Assembly: GCA_964019425.1 (NCBI GenBank)
Contig: OZ025800.1
Coordinates: 1 to 64,000 of the forward strand
Length of the DNA stretch: 64,000 bases
DNA from: Flectonema sp. DT1601
Taxonomy: Eukaryota
Reading direction: 5' to 3'
The translations under genes were made by a program, and so were the position numbers. Shown here one piece after another: positions 59,441 to 64,000 of this stretch. The notes below the pieces were generated by a model. That model made no database searches. It saw nothing but the letters and a program-made list of their open reading frames with translations, and was not told the DNA's origin. Each line of letters begins with the position of its first letter. The stretch's first letter is position 1.

Positions 59441-60233
59441 TTAGGCGTCGATACGCTTCGTTTGATTATCTCCTTCAGACTCCTCAGAAGATGAGCGTCT
59501 TCGCTTCTCCTTTGGTGGAGGGAGGGCAACAGGTTCTTCCTCATCACTCTCATCGTCATCATCATCATCATCATTATTAACTTCATTAGTTGTGACGGTT
59601 GAGATTCGTGGTTGGAGGTCGTAATTCTGTTTTTGTTATGTTGAGTTGATTGAGTTGATCACTTTATTAATTTCATCACTCAGGTCTTTAACATCAAAGA
59701 AAGAAGTTACATACTATTTCCAAAATACGTCTCGGAGGGATACGAGGTATAGTGCAATCAAAGATATCGCTTTCATTAAGAAAACGATCAACCAACTCAT
59801 CAACGTAAGTAATTGTGTAGCTGCTGTCGATATTGCGAAGTCGAATCTTACGATAGTCGTTGAGAAGCGGTTCTAAATATTCATAAATTTGAAGAGGAGA
59901 ACCGACTAAACGCAAGTAAAAAGCCCCCAGTACTCGAGCGTACTTATAATCACCTTGTTCAATGAACTCTATTACGGTATCTAAACTAGGCTGTAGCTGT
60001 AATAATTTCAAAACAAGACATAAAAATCTCGTCGGTTTTCGGTAAGGTCCGTATGTTCCTCCGACTGCTTCTAATTCAACTGCCTTTTCAACAACACCGT
60101 CTTCAGCTAATCCAAAACAATGTTCTTTCCAATACATATTTGATTGGATTCTACCTCTTACAATCTTTTCGACTAAATGTTGTGGATCAGTTCCGTGAAC
60201 ATTCCGTGCTGAAGTGTGGGTTCGATTCGCCAT
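59441..60233 (-). CDS. PRPF38A: Pre-mRNA splicing factor Prp38A, intron 59627-59714
   Basis: MANRT...HGTDPQHLVEKIVRGRI, YWKEHCFGL, LEPLLNDYRKIR. Exon 2 reads NYDLQPRIS... to TAA at 59441. Confidence 0.9.
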
Positions 60234-61008
60234 CTTTTTTTGTTATAAAGTCCACCCAACACCAATCTGGTAAATAGAATATTGAAATCTGTAATAAGTA
60301 CCTCCAACTTCGTATTATCGATACGAACACTCCTCCACTCTATTCCCTGATACCTGTTGTAAAGTTAGTAATGTGAAGTTTAAGTACATTTGATGACTTC
60401 TTTCAGAGGTCGAATAATTGCTACGAAAAATAGTAAAATTGAGTAGCAGAAACGTGTTTGTCGGTTTGTCTTTTTTCTCCCTTCCTTTCTTCCTGATCAT
60501 AGCACGCAAGAGTTGACGTCTCTCAATTGTGGAGTTCTTGTCCTTACAACTTCCACAGACTTGTTCCCAGAAGAGAGGATAAGACTTCCTTAGTTAGGTG
60601 ATAAAAAAGATCGTTACTCACAACTTCACGCACTAATCAAGATTACTTTGTCTCAAAAGTATGTTTGAAAAGATTAAATAGTCCTCCTTGATGCAGTAAA
60701 ATAAAAGAAATATCAAAAATATGAACCACAACGTAGAGGAGTGAAGGGGGATAAGTGTTTGACCATTTCATATAGATGTATTGTATCAAAGTTAACTCAC
60801 AAAAACAATAGTAACGATACAGTTAATTAACGGTAATGTTAGTATTGTAAGCACTCCGAAGGTCGTAAAAGAAACATATGAACCACAGGGGGAATGGAAA
60901 TAATTACTCTAAATAAAGTACATCTATTGAAAACGATTTATTAGGAAGAAAATAAAATAAAATAAAAAAACGATGACAAGTTGATAATCTAAAATAGCAA
61001 TCCCCCAA

Positions 61009-64000
61009 TTAAAGAAGAGGGTTACTGAAGTCTTGTTGTTGTTGTTGTCGAGTAGAATCCCACGGCCATTTCTGAGAGTTATTTGATTCGACTGACTGGT
61101 AGCTGCTGACGGGTTTGGCTGCGAATAACCAATTTGTAAATCCCATAGTCGGGTGTGTCGCAACAGGTTTCTCTTTATGTGAAGTATGAAAAGTTGATAA
61201 TAAATTATGTCCGTCAAGTGGATTAGTTGCTGGATTGTGAGTACAGACTTCTGGTCTTTCTGGTCTCAGTCGCAACTGTTCTAAAATTCGGTGCTGCGCC
61301 TCATCAGGGAGGGTTGCCATCATAGCGTGAGTGTCCTTCCATCCAAATCCACGTTTTGGATCAATTCCTCTATTAATACAAATATCTAAGTAGGCTCCGT
61401 ATGTTGTAGGACCTGCTATTCCTAAATCTCTACACATAGTGTGAAGGTCATTGTAAGATATAAAAGATCCATTTCTTGAATACTTCTCGATGACTAACTC
61501 AGTTGGATCAGCAGTCTCAATATCGATGATTGCTGACCATCCATTTCTGGTAGCTTCTTGAATTAGTTTTGTGGCGACATCTGAATTTCGTTCTACAGCG
61601 ACGTGATCAACAGATCTGATTAACATGCCAGGTTTGAATCCAGCGCGTTCAGCAGCTGTGTTATGAGAGACTCGAGTAATCCGACAGAGTTCAGGATCTA
61701 ATCCAAACCCGAGAGGGACTCCTGGAGCGATTGGTTGCATCTCAAGAGAATATTGAACTTTATCGAGTGGTGGCCAGATATGAGTTGAAACTCCAGCATA
61801 AGGTTCTCTCTCTGCGAGTCTTTTCCTTTGAGCTTCCTTTCTCAGAGCTACTGATTTCCAACATCTAAAACTTTGTTGAATACGAACAGCGGCAGCAATC
61901 GACTTGTCGCTGACGGTTTCAATATCTGGTGCGTCAACTTCTCGTTCCTTTTCGTGCATCTGCTTGTGGAGAGAAGGCGGTAAATCTTTTTCAAATCTCG
62001 CCTTGAACAACTTCGCCATAAACTCTTCTTGAGGAATTAAATTACTTTTTGGATCAACGTGAAGATCCATTCGACGAATGGCAGCTTCAATCTTATGTTC
62101 AGATCCTTTCATCCCGAGAGGTTTATCAATACTAGTTAAGAAACTTGGGACATCAGATCTACGGATTCCGAAAGCACCTCTGTGACCAGGAACTGCCTGC
62201 ACAACTGAACTCCAAACAGCTTTTACTTTATCCATATACTCTTCAGTGCACACATTTGCATTTGCCTCTCCAAGTTGTGTAAAAGCATCCAAAATGATTG
62301 CAATAAAAAGATTCAACAAAACATACATCCCAGCCAATGTGAATGAACAGAAGTACAACACCGCTGTTAACTTCTGACCACATTCCCCAAGATGGTTGTC
62401 ACAGTCAGGAGGTTGAACAGCAACGTTATTCAGAATAGCTTGCCAAGCCTCACCAGTAGTCATTCTCAGCAGCAGTAGTAGAGCCACAAAGAATGTTTCA
62501 AAATTAACAAGTGGACCCATGTCAGGTCCCCTTTTTACTTTTGCGAATAGTTTAACACCCAACACAGCGTAGATAAAAAACATCAACGACAATATCCCAG
62601 CTACGTTTACTAAACTTGGAATCGACAGATAAAGAGTTCGTAAAATAATTAAAATATCCTTCGCTTTCTTAATCATTCGAAGAAGACGAGCTAATCGGAG
62701 AACTCGAAACATTGAAACTGCTGGACCAGCTGAAAGCACAGCCTGAATGATTAGACCAACAGAGGATAAAGTAACGATGAAGAAATCAAATCGATTCCAA
62801 ATATCTGTAAAGTATCCTTTGAATCCTAAATCCATTACTTTTAATAGGAACTCAACTAAAAATATTAAATAGAAGACGAGATTCAATGTGTCGAACGTAA
62901 CCGTTCTAGCATCACTCGGAGGGTAAAACTCTGCAGCCATTACTAACACGTTCAGAACAATACAAGCTGTTATCACTATTTCAAACCAATGACTTCCAAC
63001 AACCTGATGCAGTAGAGTCCCTTTACCAATCACTACTTTCACAGGTCTGTGTTTGTATGTTATCATCGTCATCATCTTTGAGTGATGCTCAACCCACTTC
63101 TTCTGATCTTCATTGAGGTAGATACCTGTTCGTTTATGTTCTGCTTTCTCTTTCTCAGTGTAGTAAGTATCAATCAGCACTGATATGAACATATTTATAA
63201 TAAAAAAAGCACCACAAATAACGAAAACGATAAAGTAAAGTGCCATCGCTGGGTTACTATTCTTTCTAGGAGGTTCATCAATAGAGACGGCATCCATCCC
63301 GAGGTTCATGACGGTGACCCATCCCTCTAAAGAAGCCATCTCAAAAAGATTAAGAAACGCTGCAGGTAGATTGTCGAAGTGAGAAACGTTGTTCAGCCAT
63401 CTGCATTTCACACCATCGACGTCTATTGTTTCACATAAATCTCTTGTGTAGTTAGAACAGGGAGTGTCATCTGCGTACTCTTCTAGGCTGCATTGATAAA
63501 ACTTTCCTTGAAAAATCTGAACACCCAAAATCGCAAATATAATCCAAGTCAACAACGAAATCAACAAAACATTCAAAAGTGGTTTTATACTCATCACTAA
63601 TGCTCCAACAACAACTTTCATTCCTTCACTTTTGTTAATAAATCGAAGAGGTCTCATTGCTCTCATTATTTTCATTATTTGAAATCTTTCAGCTCCAGGT
63701 ATGATTAACGACATAATAGAGCTGACGACAATAATAAAGTCAAGAACGTTCCAACTCTCACTTCTAAGATATGAGGTAGGATGCATCACGAATCCCATCG
63801 CAATTATTTTTGATAAACATTCAGCGAGAAAGACCCAAATCATAACATAATTTATTACTCCCAAAGTTACTTCAGTTGGATGGTCAGGTGGTCGCAATGG
63901 GGATTCAATCGCCAAAGTGATTGTTGACATTGCGATTGCGAGAAGTACGAGGAGCTCAAATCTATTCGATTCGGTAACCTTAGTCATCGCCTTCCGTAAT
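61009..64000 (-). CDS. Four-domain voltage-gated Ca2+-channel-like protein (domains III-IV and tail; 5' end outside window)
   Basis: S4 segments KIMRAMRPLR and FRVLRLARLLR; pore loops SLEGW and TGEAW; IQ-like IQQSFR; PDZ-like tail domain. Confidence 0.9.
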   Translation of the reverse strand, partial: LRKAMTKVTESNRFELLVLLAIAMSTITLAIESPLRPPDHPTEVTLGVINYVMIWVFLAECLSKIIAMGFVMHPTSYLRSESWNVLDFIIVVSSIMSLIIPGAERFQIMKIMRAMRPLRFINKSEGMKVVVGALVMSIKPLLNVLLISLLTWIIFAILGVQIFQGKFYQCSLEEYADDTPCSNYTRDLCETIDVDGVKCRWLNNVSHFDNLPAAFLNLFEMASLEGWVTVMNLGMDAVSIDEPPRKNSNPAMALYFIVFVICGAFFIINMFISVLIDTYYTEKEKAEHKRTGIYLNEDQKKWVEHHSKMMTMITYKHRPVKVVIGKGTLLHQVVGSHWFEIVITACIVLNVLVMAAEFYPPSDARTVTFDTLNLVFYLIFLVEFLLKVMDLGFKGYFTDIWNRFDFFIVTLSSVGLIIQAVLSAGPAVSMFRVLRLARLLRMIKKAKDILIILRTLYLSIPSLVNVAGILSLMFFIYAVLGVKLFAKVKRGPDMGPLVNFETFFVALLLLLRMTTGEAWQAILNNVAVQPPDCDNHLGECGQKLTAVLYFCSFTLAGMYVLLNLFIAIILDAFTQLGEANANVCTEEYMDKVKAVWSSVVQAVPGHRGAFGIRRSDVPSFLTSIDKPLGMKGSEHKIEAAIRRMDLHVDPKSNLIPQEEFMAKLFKARFEKDLPPSLHKQMHEKEREVDAPDIETVSDKSIAAAVRIQQSFRCWKSVALRKEAQRKRLAEREPYAGVSTHIWPPLDKVQYSLEMQPIAPGVPLGFGLDPELCRITRVSHNTAAERAGFKPGMLIRSVDHVAVERNSDVATKLIQEATRNGWSAIIDIETADPTELVIEKYSRNGSFISYNDLHTMCRDLGIAGPTTYGAYLDICINRGIDPKRGFGWKDTHAMMATLPDEAQHRILEQLRLRPERPEVCTHNPATNPLDGHNLLSTFHTSHKEKPVATHPTMGFTNWLFAAKPVSSYQSVESNNSQKWPWDSTRQQQQQDFSNPLL

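Overview
Eukaryotic DNA, most likely a euglenozoan protist such as a diplonemid. This is inferred from ~42 kb of genes all on one strand, short GT-AG introns and a euglenozoan-type receptor cyclase. Positions 1-20.9 kb are a (TTTGCGGG)n octamer array interrupted by co-oriented tyrosine-recombinase (YR) retrotransposons of VIPER/TATE-like architecture (gag - YR - RT/RNase H, split direct repeats A1...B1-A2-B2). There are two divergent families: one near-complete family-1 copy, one complete family-2 copy, a solo family-1 repeat unit, an internally deleted family-2 variant and an old gag relic. Every intact element end lies at the GGG of the octamer, and the G count matches conservative recombination with the element's circle junction. 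Both families share: (i) a canonical -1 slippery heptamer leading from gag into the RT frame, (ii) a single AAT-TGA-ATC stop separating in-frame gag and YR, (iii) a four-G-tract (G-quadruplex-like) spacer between A2 and B2, and (iv) an xIDN RT motif. The array has its G-rich strand 5'-terminal at the window start, opposite to a normal left telomere. From 22 to 64 kb are ordinary minus-strand host genes: ankyrin-JmjC, RING E3, PAK-like kinase, hydroxyproline dehydratase, ferric reductase, cyclase-like protein, CSN5, a giant Cys-rich surface protein, a mitochondrial carrier, Prp38 and a voltage-gated Ca channel.
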